The position numbers were made by a program, and so were the translations under genes. DNA of 63,646 nt, filler included, from Reticulomyxa filosa (taxonomy: Eukaryota > Protista > Foraminifera), in assembly GCA_000512085.1 (NCBI GenBank). It is 18 parts of 18 records of this genome, joined end to end, with 100 filler letters (N's around TTAATTAATTAA, not from the genome) between each part and the next. Parts side by side here need not be neighbours in the genome. Positions count along the whole stretch, not along the records: positions 39,651 to 41,243 come from ASPP01030355.1; positions 41,344 to 46,998 come from ASPP01012563.1; positions 47,099 to 48,926 come from ASPP01004161.1; positions 49,027 to 50,405 come from ASPP01033774.1; 14 more parts are not named here. One strand, written 5' to 3'. Shown here in pieces: positions 40,419 through 50,505 of this stretch (the first letter of the stretch is position 1; every line of letters starts with the position of its first letter). Below the pieces are notes generated by a model. It was not told where the DNA came from. It searched no databases and worked only from the letters and a program-made list of their open reading frames with translations.

Positions 40419-41243
40419 CTATCCCTCTTCGGACGGTCCGGACATTGCGAGCGCGTCATTGATCTGCACTTGCGCGTCCTGCACTTCGGCTCGCAATTCT
40501 TCGACCTCAACTCGATTCAGAAGCGTAAGTGGGGCTCGCTCGGGAGGCATTGTGGCGGCATCCGCATCTAACAGCAGATTGCGTTCCAAGTAGTAGGACA
40601 TGCTCAGGCGAAGCTCTATTCGAAGCTCGCCATCCAGCATGTCGTATTCGTGTTCCACTGCCCTACGGCGTCCAGCAGTTAACTCTGGTCTTGGACCGAT
40701 TCGGAACACGATTGGAGTCACCCATTCAAGATCGTGTTCTTGCTCGATAGGGTGATATTGCCGCCCGACAACTTTGAGCACGCGAGCTAGTACGAAATCC
40801 CGGAACTCGTGACGCCTACCGCACCACGCGCGCATGTGCCAACGGGCGCCATCAAAACCTAGCGCATGAGGCGTCAACCAACGATAGGTCGGCTCGTTCG
40901 TTGACATCGATTGGTATTCAACGGCGATTGCCTGCTGGTTCTGTATCGCCTGAAGAATTGACCGCAACCGATCGGGCTCCAGGGGTTTGCGAGGTGCCGG
41001 TACTATCGCATGGCTCGGCAATTCTCCCAGCCAGGTGCGCCCCTTCATCAGGGCCTGATCTGCAATTCCACGGAGGTCAGCTAAGTACTGGCGCGCAGAG
41101 GGGCGATAGAAGATCGGGAAGAACCGCTCAGCCGCCAAATAGACCTTAAGTCTTGGGTCGTAGTGCATGTTTTCCGGCGCGAGATCGAGGTATCGGCTGA
41201 TGTCGATCGATGCCTGAGGGGCGGATAACTTGAACCGAGCCGT
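40419..41243 (-). CDS. CapW/BrxR-family wHTH-WYL transcriptional regulator (5' truncated)
   Basis: The frame stays open to the gap: FKLSAPQASIDISRYLDLAPENMHYD (wHTH), YQSMS..EPTYRWLTPHALGFDGARWHMRAWC..RHEFRDFVLAR (WYL), PELTAGRRRAVEHEYDM (C-terminal domain). Confidence 0.9.
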   Translation of the reverse strand, partial: TARFKLSAPQASIDISRYLDLAPENMHYDPRLKVYLAAERFFPIFYRPSARQYLADLRGIADQALMKGRTWLGELPSHAIVPAPRKPLEPDRLRSILQAIQNQQAIAVEYQSMSTNEPTYRWLTPHALGFDGARWHMRAWCGRRHEFRDFVLARVLKVVGRQYHPIEQEHDLEWVTPIVFRIGPRPELTAGRRRAVEHEYDMLDGELRIELRLSMSYYLERNLLLDADAATMPPERAPLTLLNRVEVEELRAEVQDAQVQINDALAMSGPSEEG

Positions 41244-41343
41244 NNNNNNNNNNNNNNNNNNNNNNNNNNNNNNNNNNNNNNNNNNNNTTAATTAATTAAN
41301 NNNNNNNNNNNNNNNNNNNNNNNNNNNNNNNNNNNNNNNNNNN

Positions 41344-41378
<35 letters not shown>

Positions 41379-42408
41379 TATATACATGATCTAAACGTAT
41401 AATGAGGTTATCCAAAATAACAATGCTGCCTGGATTGAGTGTTCGTTTGAAATTTTTGACATCTTCCGAATGAAGCAGATATTTGTCTTGATAAGGCCAT
41501 TCTACCGACAGCACTTCGCTGATGGGTTTCTTGAATTGCGCGACGAACTTGAAGAACTCTTCGATAATGTCGAAAGAAAAGATTGTGAGGTTGGGTTGGG
41601 ATTTGTTTTTCAGTTGGTCGAACAAGTGGACACATATGATTTCCAAAGAGTTGTTGGAAAGGTGTTTCTTGTCTTTCACTTGATAGTGCTGCCACATCTT
41701 CAAAAACATGATCGCCGATCGCGTGTTCTTTCCGACCAATTCCTCTCTCATGTAATATACTCGAAGCAATGACAATGATGCACTCATGTTCTTTTCCAAA
41801 AATTTGGTCCATGCTTTATTTGCTCTGCTCATTTGCTTGATATATCTTTGATGTATTGGCGCTTCATCAATCAAATCATTGGCAGCCATTTGCAATTGCT
41901 CTGAAGAAAATGGATATACATGCACATTTTGTTGGGTGTAATGAAATTCACAATATTGTCGTTTTGAAAACGTACATGCTATCACTATATGATATTCCAC
42001 TCCTTTCCATTTTATTCGCAATGACGACTCTGAGTGTCGTCGCACTATTGTATGCGTCCCTTGTTTTTTCATCTTTTCAATGCATTGCTCGATCCACTCC
42101 AAAATGTTCTTATGTTTCTGCTGGAGTAAATCCGTATTGCGGCCAATCAAATCCTTTTTTTTTAGGTGGTGCAAAAATACTAAATATCCGCAAGATACAT
42201 TCGGAATCGCCAGTTTTTTTTGCACACATCCAGAAAGTGTCGCTCCGTAAATACACCCAAATACACATTCTGTGTCGTGAGACGCCCTTTTTTTTTTATC
42301 CAACAAGTTATTTATTAAATCATTTGCAAATATATAATATTTATTCAGGGCGCTAGATGAAGCTACTTCTTGGATCTTCTTGTCCAAAAAATCCTGCTCA
42401 TTCGCCAT
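41344..42408 (-). CDS. 2'-5' oligoadenylate synthetase (OAS)-fold nucleotidyltransferase-like protein with degenerate catalytic residues; 3' end not seen
   Basis: Ordered OAS-like blocks: TLSGCVQKKLAIPNVSCGYLVFL (cf. GGS.GKGT.L...SD.DLVVFL), SLRIKWKGVEYHIVIA (cf. VEFDVLPA), SASLSLLRVYYM..TRSAIMFLKMW (cf. STCFTELQ..LIRLVKHW), LSNNSLEIICVHLFD (cf. YALELLTVYAWE), IVILD (cf. PVILDP). Confidence 0.7.
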
Positions 42409-42671
42409 TATCAACAAAGAGTTGCAATGACTTTTTTAAAAGGGTTTTTTTCAAGTTCTCATATTACTGTTTTTCACAAGATATTGTCCTATGTCGAAAC
42501 TCCATAAATAATACTTTCTATACTTTGAAAAGCGTTTGCATGAGATTAAGATCTTATTAATAAGAAATAGACTGCAACAATGAATAGGCTTGAAAAAGGC
42601 CAACGAATTAAAAGTGACATTAAAAAAAAAAACAAAATAAAATAAAAGTACAATATTATATATGGCTATGA

Positions 42672-43377
42672 CTATAATTGTTCAGTTTTTTCTTGAGGCG
42701 AAGTTAAACTGTAACGAGCCAAACAAAGCTTGCCAACTTTGGAGGCATTGCTTTGGTTATTGGTACTTAAATATTTCCAACCCAAAGAAGCGGCACATTT
42801 GGAGCAACTGACCCAAGCTATCTCATAGGAACCAGTGGTAAATTTTTCAGTTTTCGTAGCTCCCAATGTTAGATTGACAGCACAATTAAATAGATAGCCT
42901 CTTTTTTTTCGGAAATGCTCCTTGTCCAACTTGGTAATTTCGACTTGCAATATCACCCTCCAAACTAATATGTGTTCCACAGTTCTTACATGCGTAGCAC
43001 TTGCTTTTGTCCAATTCTTTCAAAGAAACACAGCTTTTTGCATTTGCATCGGTCTCTTCGATTTTTTTGGCTTTGGCAGTGTCCTTCAAACTTTGTACTT
43101 CTTTTTGCAATGCTTTCGTTTGTTCCAACAACTCCTTATTTTTGCTGTCAAGTGCACACACTCTATCGCGTAGTCTCTGTTTTTCCTCTTTCATTTGTTT
43201 CATTTCCTCCAACATTGCAGTCATTGTCTTTCGGCATTCTTTTATGTTTTTTTCAAGATTCTCCATTTCTTTGAGCTGTGAGTGCCTATTTGACAATTTC
43301 TCAAGTTCCTCTTGGAGGGCTTTCAACTCGTTATTCTGCTCTGGTCCAAAATCGACAATTTGGAAATCGTCTTCCAT
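42672..43377 (-). CDS. Coiled-coil plus Yippee/Mis18 zinc-binding domain protein (one-base frameshift at A8 run 42902-42909)
   Basis: About 110 aa of heptad coiled coil, then CYACKNCGTHI...ASRNYQ, RGYLFN.AVNL, FTTGSYEIAWVSCSKCAASLGWKY...KVGK (Yippee signature). Confidence 0.85.
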
Positions 43378-45281
43378 GTCTTTTCAAACAAAGGGTATAT
43401 TATTAATATTCTATTGAGGGTAATTCCAAAACACAAGTACGCAAAAAAAGCCTAAATACTAAAGAAAAACTCGTTGTGGACTTTAGAATTGACCCCCTCC
43501 CTCTTTTTTTTTTAAAAAAAAAAGACAAAATAAAACTTGGATTTCGACCAGTTTGTAGTGCAAATGAATTGTTTAGAAGTGATTGTTTGTAAAGCACTTT
43601 CAAAGAGTCTGCAAAAAAGCTTGATCCCTTTTTACAGCATCGTTGAAAGTTTAAGAGTTACTTTTCCATTAACTAGCTTGTTTCCAAGTGATTGTAATTA
43701 TTTGGTAACTTGTATCCTCCAATGAACCACTCGAGCAAAAACACCGACAAAAAAAACATGGACTTGCTATCAATTTTTGAAATGACCTCCTTGCACACTT
43801 TGATTGTAATGATGATAACATAAGATCTCATTAACAACGAAAAAAAAAGATGAAACAAAATGCAAGGTGAACACGGATGAGTTATTTGAATGATTTGAAA
43901 AAAATTTTAATTTCGCCTGCTTTGTTTCTCTTGATTTTTGTTATTTGTTAAGCACCACACATGTACAAAAAAAAAAGAGGAAGTGGCTCTTTTTTTTGTC
44001 TGTGTGTTTTTTTATGGTAAAAAAAAATGACCGCAAAGTTGTTGCAATGCTAAATACACAAATAAAAGAGACTGAAATAATTCCAAAGAAGGTCAATACA
44101 TTGAAAAATTTTGTCTATTAATAAGTTTCAATGAACTTTCACACATCTCAAATAAATCTCTTTGTTCCTTAAATTTCCTTTTTGTATTTCCTAGGCAAAT
44201 ATGTATACATTAAATCAAAGTTCTTTTTTTCTCCCTCTGTTTTGCTGGACGTATAATGAGATCACTCCAAATTAAGAGTTTCCTCAATTCATCCTTAGTT
44301 TGTACTGGTTTATATCTCGCACAGCCTCAAATCGAATTTACTAGTACGGTCATTCAATTAACATTGATTTTGCAAGCCGTATCATAAAGACAATAATTTC
44401 CAGAAAATTGTCTATTTTTTATTGCAAGATGTTGATCTAATTTCAGAAAGTCGAGAGTTTTTTCCAATCGATTGTTCCTCATATAATATAACTCATGCTT
44501 TTTTCTAAAATCTTTGCATTGTGTATGAGCTCATCTTTGGTGTGTTGACACTTCAGTCTTATTTGCATTCACTAAAATTTCAGAGTATTTTTTCTTGGAG
44601 TAGCTCGAGATTGTATACTCAAACTCTCTGTCATTTAAATGCTATAAGAATATAAAATGCTCACAAAACAGATTGGAAATGACAAGTTTTTTTTGTACCA
44701 CAACAGCGCCGTTTCACAAATAAAACTGATATTTTTTACGCTATTTCTTTGCGTTGTTCGAGTGAACTATTTTCAAATTCATTTGCGTGTTTATAATATG
44801 CTGACTATATCAAGAGAATTATTTCCTGGAGTCACTTCCAATGAGTCTGCTATATGCAGAGGCTCTGCTTGCCTCTTTTTGAGAAGTTAGTATACAAAGC
44901 TCTGTTTTAGTTGTATTATTTTTATTTCGATTAAAATCCTGATTTGGGAATACATTTATATAGTCAAAATGTGAATTAGTCAATGTTACTTTGATCATGT
45001 CAAAAAAAACACCTGAGTTAATGTGAATTTTTACTTGTTTTAAACGTCAATGATTTGTCAAGCGTAAAGTAAGATAACGTATAGGAAAGGCACGAATTTA
45101 ATTCTTTTGATTACAACTGACAATCGTGTAATAATAATAAAAAGAAGAAGAAAATTTCGCCCTTTGACGGAACAGAAACGTAAAATTTTTAAGAAAAAAA
45201 AAACTACCAAGGAAACAAACTATTCTATTTAATCGAGAAGAAGCTTTTGCGTCTCTTAAAATTCAAAGGCATTATTAGAAG

Positions 45282-46100
45282 ATGGGCAATATTTTAGGTG
45301 ATAAAAAGACAGTGAAGCAAATAATCCGCGAACAGAAGCGAATAATAACTCGTTCAATCCGCGAGTTGGACAGGGAGCTGAACCGAATGAAAAAAGAACA
45401 GGTGAAACTTGTAAACATGAAATTGTAAACTGCAAAAAAAAAAATATACATATATGTAAATGAAAAAAGATATATATAAAAAAAAAAGGCTAAAGCCGAA
45501 GTAGAGATGCGACGATTAGCAAAAGAGGGACAAATACAAGCGGTGCGACATTTGGCGAAAGACATAGTGCGAATGAAAGATAACCAAACAAAGTTTATCA
45601 AATTGAAAGCAGAATTGAGATCATTGTCTGCTCAAATGGACAGTATGGCAGCCACAGCGCAACTGCAAAAATCAATGCGATCAGTGTCTCGAACTATGGG
45701 AATGGTGGCCAATCAAATCAAATTACCTGAATTACAAGTTTTTTTTTTTTTTTAAAAAGGAAGGTATTTTTTTTTTAACCCCCTTTTTTTTTTTTTTTGA
45801 TTGAATCTATTTTTATAGTTTGTAAAAAAAAATAATTGTGCATAGGCGTCATTGCAAAAATATGCAATGGAAAGTGAAAAAATGGAAATGAAACAAGACA
45901 TGATCAACGAGGCGATGGATGACGTAATGGAACATGACACGGACGATGAAGACGAACTGATCCAAAAAGTTATGGACGATGTCGGCCTCGAATGGAATGA
46001 AAAGTTAGTCGACGCACCTGCCAAAGAAAAACAACAAGAGGAAAAAGAAGACGAAGTTGACACTGACTTGCAGGCGAGATTAAATAATTTGAAAAGATAA
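45282..46100 (+). CDS. VPS2: ESCRT-III subunit CHMP2/VPS2, three exons
   Basis: IREQKR...RELDRE, LAKEGQIQAVRHLAKDIVR, SEKMEMKQDMINEAMDD, and the C-terminal MIM DLQARLNNLKR. Confidence 0.92.
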
Positions 46101-47125
46101 TGCGCAATAAATAATACAATAATTATAAATAAATAAAGAACAATTAATCTCTCTTTTTTTAATTTTTTTAAAAAAAAGAAGTTGATTGTTTTCTTTTTGT
46201 TGTGATGCTTTTTTTAGTTGCTTGGTCAATTTGAGTGTTTGAATAATTTCCTACGTCCATCCAACATAAAGATTTTTAAAAAAAATGTGTCTTTCATGGG
46301 CACTTACTTTTTTGGAGCCTTTGGAAAATAAAACTTAGAATTTTGTTGAGACATATATTATAATTTTTTCGTATGTTTTTACTTTTTTTTCCCCCCTCTC
46401 ACAAATTAATCCCGAAACTTAAATAAAGTTAAATTAAACTGAAATCGGTTCAAAAAAGTTTTAATTTTAAATTGAAGAGTTCTATTTCGCAGGACAATTT
46501 GATTGTGATTATCAATGCATTCACAATGTTAGTACAGATATGTTTGTGATCGTTTCAAAGAAGGTTTGTATTTTCGTTTCTATCAAAAAAATTAGAAACT
46601 TACCAGTTTTCAGACTTGTTCAGCATTTTTGAATTTTGGATTAAACAGAAATGTTTGTTATGTTATTAAATTAAAAAATCTAGGAAGAACATTATTTTGC
46701 AAAATTGAATAAAAAATTGTAAAAGTTTGCCATGATTGATTTTTTTTTTAAATGAACAATTTATTTTTTCCAAAAAAAAAAACAAAACGGGAAACTTTTT
46801 TGGTCTTATCTCGATTTTTAGTTTTAGTTCTTTTAGCGTGTTTTTTTTGTTTCCCTCCGTCAAAAAAAACTAGCAAGGTGCTAACAATCACAAGGAATGA
46901 CAACTCCAACTTGCGTTAAGTAGCATTATTTTTTTTCTACGCAACAACAAAAGTGAAAGGAGAGAGAAGGAGGGACAACAAAAAAAAAAAAAAGGGAGNN
47001 NNNNNNNNNNNNNNNNNNNNNNNNNNNNNNNNNNNNNNNNNNTTAATTAATTAANNNNNNNNNNNNNNNNNNNNNNNNNNNNNNNNNNNNNNNNNNNNCC
47101 GAGTTTTCAACAGTGATAATATCAA

Positions 47126-47764
47126 GTGTTGCTTGATTCTACCCGTTGCGATCAAATTTGGTGTGTGGATATTTCACCATTACAATGCAATAATAACAAT
47201 GATTATAATATAATGAATAATATTGGTATAATTGGTGGTAATGGTTATACTATTTGTTCTGGATCATATGATTTTACTATTCGAATATGGGATATTGAAA
47301 CAGCTAAACAATTAATTATATTTGAAGGACATGAAGATACAGTAAGAAGTGTAAAATATGGATCAAATGAAATAGGAAATATTGGTTGTGCAAATACAAT
47401 ATTATCTGGATCAGATGATAGCAGTGTTCGTCTGTGGGATATTCGATCTGGTCAACAAATTCAAGAATTCAATGGACACATAAATCTTGTTTGGTGTATA
47501 GAATATTCACCATTTGTAGTTAATAATAATAAAGTTGGTAATAATTCAAATATAATATGTTCTGGATCAGAAGATAATACAATTCAATTTTGGGATATTC
47601 GATCAAATAAGTGTGAACTGTATGCAATTGAAGGAAATAGCAAAGAAGATGATGGAATAATGTGTTTTAAATTTCTACAATTAAAAAAAAACAGAAAAAA
47701 TAAAGATAATTGTATTGACTTGTGTTATGGCACAAGCAATGGTCCCATTCATCTTTGGGGATAA
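47126..47764 (+). CDS. WD40-repeat protein C-terminus
   Basis: CSGSYDFTIRIWD, GHEDTVRSVKY, SGSDDSSVRLWDIRSG, terminal GPIHLWG. Confidence 0.9.
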   Translation: MLLDSTRCDQIWCVDISPLQCNNNNDYNIMNNIGIIGGNGYTICSGSYDFTIRIWDIETAKQLIIFEGHEDTVRSVKYGSNEIGNIGCANTILSGSDDSSVRLWDIRSGQQIQEFNGHINLVWCIEYSPFVVNNNKVGNNSNIICSGSEDNTIQFWDIRSNKCELYAIEGNSKEDDGIMCFKFLQLKKNRKNKDNCIDLCYGTSNGPIHLWG

Positions 47765-48575
47765 TATTATTTTTCATTAACAAAAAAAAATTGGTTTTTT
47801 TAGATGAATTAAATGAAGTACTTTTTTTTCATAAATTAAAAAAGTATTCACTATATAAGATTGTCAAAATGGAATTTCATATTCATTGAACAAAATATTC
47901 AATATTGTGTTACTTCCATATTTTAGGAACAGTATTGGATCTAATGGAAAAAAAGAGGATATAATTTAATTGATATGTGAAATATTTTTAAGATCAATAA
48001 CACAAAATCGATTTTTTTGTAAGATGTTAAATCGATAGTGTAACAAATAAGCAATCAGAATGATTCATGAAAGAAAAGCATATTAGAATTCGATTCCCTG
48101 AAATAAAATCACTTTAATGCAAAAAATTATTTTGATTGATGTGCTTTAAGTAATCAAAAAAAGATAAGAAATTATGTAATAACTTCAGTTTTGCGCTGAA
48201 AACACATAATATTCAAGTCTTACATGTAATTCATCTATCTTTTGAAGTTAGACAGCGATCGAAGAGTTTGAGTTGTGCAAATAAAGTTCTTATATTCTTT
48301 CTTTTTTGTGATTTCACATTCTCTATTATTCCCATGTAGATTTTTTTAAAAGTACAAATTGTATTTGGATTGTTGATATTAATTGTATTCACTAAATGTT
48401 GATTTGAAGTAAATTAATCCGAAAGCAGTTAAAAATTGTACAAATTAAATCTTTTTATTTCTGTTTCAATTTTTTAAAGCTTAATTCCAACAAAAAAAGT
48501 AAATAACACTCAAAATGAAAAACTTAGAAACAAATTTTATCCATGTCTTTCCAAATAAAAAATTTACTTATGTCT

Positions 48576-48926
48576 TCATCCCCAAGTACAAATGAGACCA
48601 TCGCTTGAACCATAAAAAAAATTAATACTATGATCATTTAATTTTTGTTTATTGCACTTTCTTTTCTTTCTCAATGATACAAATTTAAGACATGTTATTC
48701 CATCATCATCATTATCATTATCAAATGCATTAATTGTATACAATTGATTCTTATTTGATCGAATGTCCCAAAAACGAATTGTATTATCTTTTGATGCAGA
48801 ACATATCACATTTGAATTGCCACCAACAGCTTTGATATTTACTACAAATGGTGAATACTCAACGGCATATACCCAATTTGAATGTCCGCTAAACACTTGA
48901 ATTTGTTGACCAGATCGAATATCCCA
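48576..48926 (-). CDS. WD40-repeat protein C-terminus, convergent paralogue of 47126-47764
   Basis: GHSNWVYAVEYSPF...CSASKDNTIRFWDIRSNK...CTWG. Confidence 0.88.
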   Translation of the reverse strand, partial: WDIRSGQQIQVFSGHSNWVYAVEYSPFVVNIKAVGGNSNVICSASKDNTIRFWDIRSNKNQLYTINAFDNDNDDDGITCLKFVSLRKKRKCNKQKLNDHSINFFYGSSDGLICTWG

Positions 48927-49088
48927 NNNNNNNNNNNNNNNNNNNNNNNNNNNNNNNNNNNNNNNNNNNNTTAATTAATTAANNNNNNNNNNNNNNNNNN
49001 NNNNNNNNNNNNNNNNNNNNNNNNNNTTTTTTTTTTGTTTGTTTTTTAAGTTGTGTTATTTTTCCTTAGTTTATAAATAACAAAAGTT

Positions 49089-49697
49089 TCAAAAACATAA
49101 AAAAAATGACAAAACTATTTGCAATTTTTCAGTTTGCAATTGCGATTGCAGCACTTTAACTAATGATATGACTTGTTGAATTGATATTAATTGACATGAC
49201 TTGTCCAAATGATCTTTCATTTCCTTTATTTTTCCTTTATAATTGCAATGACCTTTTGAATTCCAATTCGATTGGTTTTCGTGTTCTTCTTCTTCTTCTC
49301 CTGTTACTGTTCCCTCTTTCAATTGTCTCTGTTTCATATCATATTGTCGAGGACAGATTACCAATAATTCTGATACTTGTTGTCTTATTGTCTTATTTTT
49401 TGAAAATTCACAATGTTCGTGTTGTTGGATTGGGCATTTTCCATTACTTTGTTTCAAGTACATTTGCAGACATTCTTCTCCAACCAAATGCACTTGTTCT
49501 ATATTCTCGTGCTCATCACATTGTAATTCTACTGCGTTATTTGCAACTTGTTTGCAAATACAACAGATTAATGTATTTATTTTTTGTGGCTTGTTAGTTA
49601 ACAAAATCCAGTCTTTGTTATAACAGCCAGGACTGGAAAATGTTTCTATTTTATTTTCCGAGTTTTTTTCATCTCTTTCCACATTTAAGGCCAACAT
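49089..49697 (-). CDS. Variant RING plus TRAF-type zinc finger protein, first exon
   Basis: CCICKQVANNAVELQCDEH...GEECL...KCPIQQHEHC and VICPRQY...CNYKGKIKEMKDHLDKSC. Paralogue of 15345-16718. Confidence 0.8.
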   Translation of the reverse strand: MLALNVERDEKNSENKIETFSSPGCYNKDWILLTNKPQKINTLICCICKQVANNAVELQCDEHENIEQVHLVGEECLQMYLKQSNGKCPIQQHEHCEFSKNKTIRQQVSELLVICPRQYDMKQRQLKEGTVTGEEEEEHENQSNWNSKGHCNYKGKIKEMKDHLDKSCQLISIQQVISLVKVLQSQLQTEKLQIVLSFFLCF

Positions 49698-50075
49698 TAT
49701 CTTTTTTTTTTTTTATTATGATGAAGAGTTGTTTTTTTTTTCACTCCAAAAAAAAGTTGTGTTTAAAAAAGGGATAATCTGAGACCCTGCTTTATAAAGT
49801 AGTTATTAATTTTTTTTTTTATTTTTGAAAAAAATTAATGAAAATAACAATTCAATAGAAAACAATTGCTCCTTTTGAAGTTAAACCCCCATAATTGAAT
49901 CATGTTATCATTTGCACATGAAATAATCTTGAATATATATTGTGAGAAAAATTACAGAATCTTCATTTTATTGAGAAAAAAAAATTTGCCCAAAGATTGC
50001 ACCAACATCATGTCTTTACTTTCAATCCTTTGCTGTAATTGCATTTTTAAATTGGAAAATAAATCCAAATATTAA

Positions 50076-50405
50076 ATGGGTATACGTGGAATAAAATATT
50101 CATTGAACGATTCTAAAATTATTTCATATTCATTGGACAAAACGATCCAAATATGGGATATTTCTTCAGAAAGACAAGTTCAAGTGTTAGAAGGACATAA
50201 TAATTACATTAATTGCATTTACCTATCTTTTAATGATTCAAAACTAGTGTTATGTTCTACTGGTAAAACAATTCGATTATGGGATAGTGATAATTGTAAA
50301 ATTGTTAGCGTAACTGAGACCAGTTTGGTGAATTATGTTTGGAAAGTATGCACTCAAAGTAGTTTATCAATGAAAGAAAGTATTTGAAAGGATACAAAGG
50401 GCTTG
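50076..50405 (+). pseudogene. Degenerate WD40 gene fragment with the same C-terminal tail family
   Basis: Two worn WD40 repeats, then VWKV...LSMKESI*KDTKGL, with TGA in place of the conserved Trp. Confidence 0.6.
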
Positions 50406-50505
50406 NNNNNNNNNNNNNNNNNNNNNNNNNNNNNNNNNNNNNNNNNNNNTTAATTAATTAANNNNNNNNNNNNNNNNNNNNNNNNNNNNNNNNNNNNNNN
50501 NNNNN

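Noticed and set aside
40419-42408. CapW-like WYL gene next to an OAS/CD-NTase-fold gene, resembling a CBASS-like operon
   Set aside because: An artificial spacer (41244-41343) separates them. One side is GC-rich bacterial DNA and the other AT-rich eukaryotic DNA, so the adjacency is a concatenation artefact.
42895-42915. Programmed ribosomal frameshift in the Yippee gene (also near 10990 and 32610)
   Set aside because: All three breaks fall at A-runs and are fixed by one base, typical of homopolymer sequencing error. No stimulatory structure is evident. Raw reads would settle it.
41344-46100. VPS2/CHMP2 as part of the OAS-Yippee module
   Set aside because: It is a conserved housekeeping gene, divergently oriented and about 1.9 kb away, with no evidence of functional linkage.
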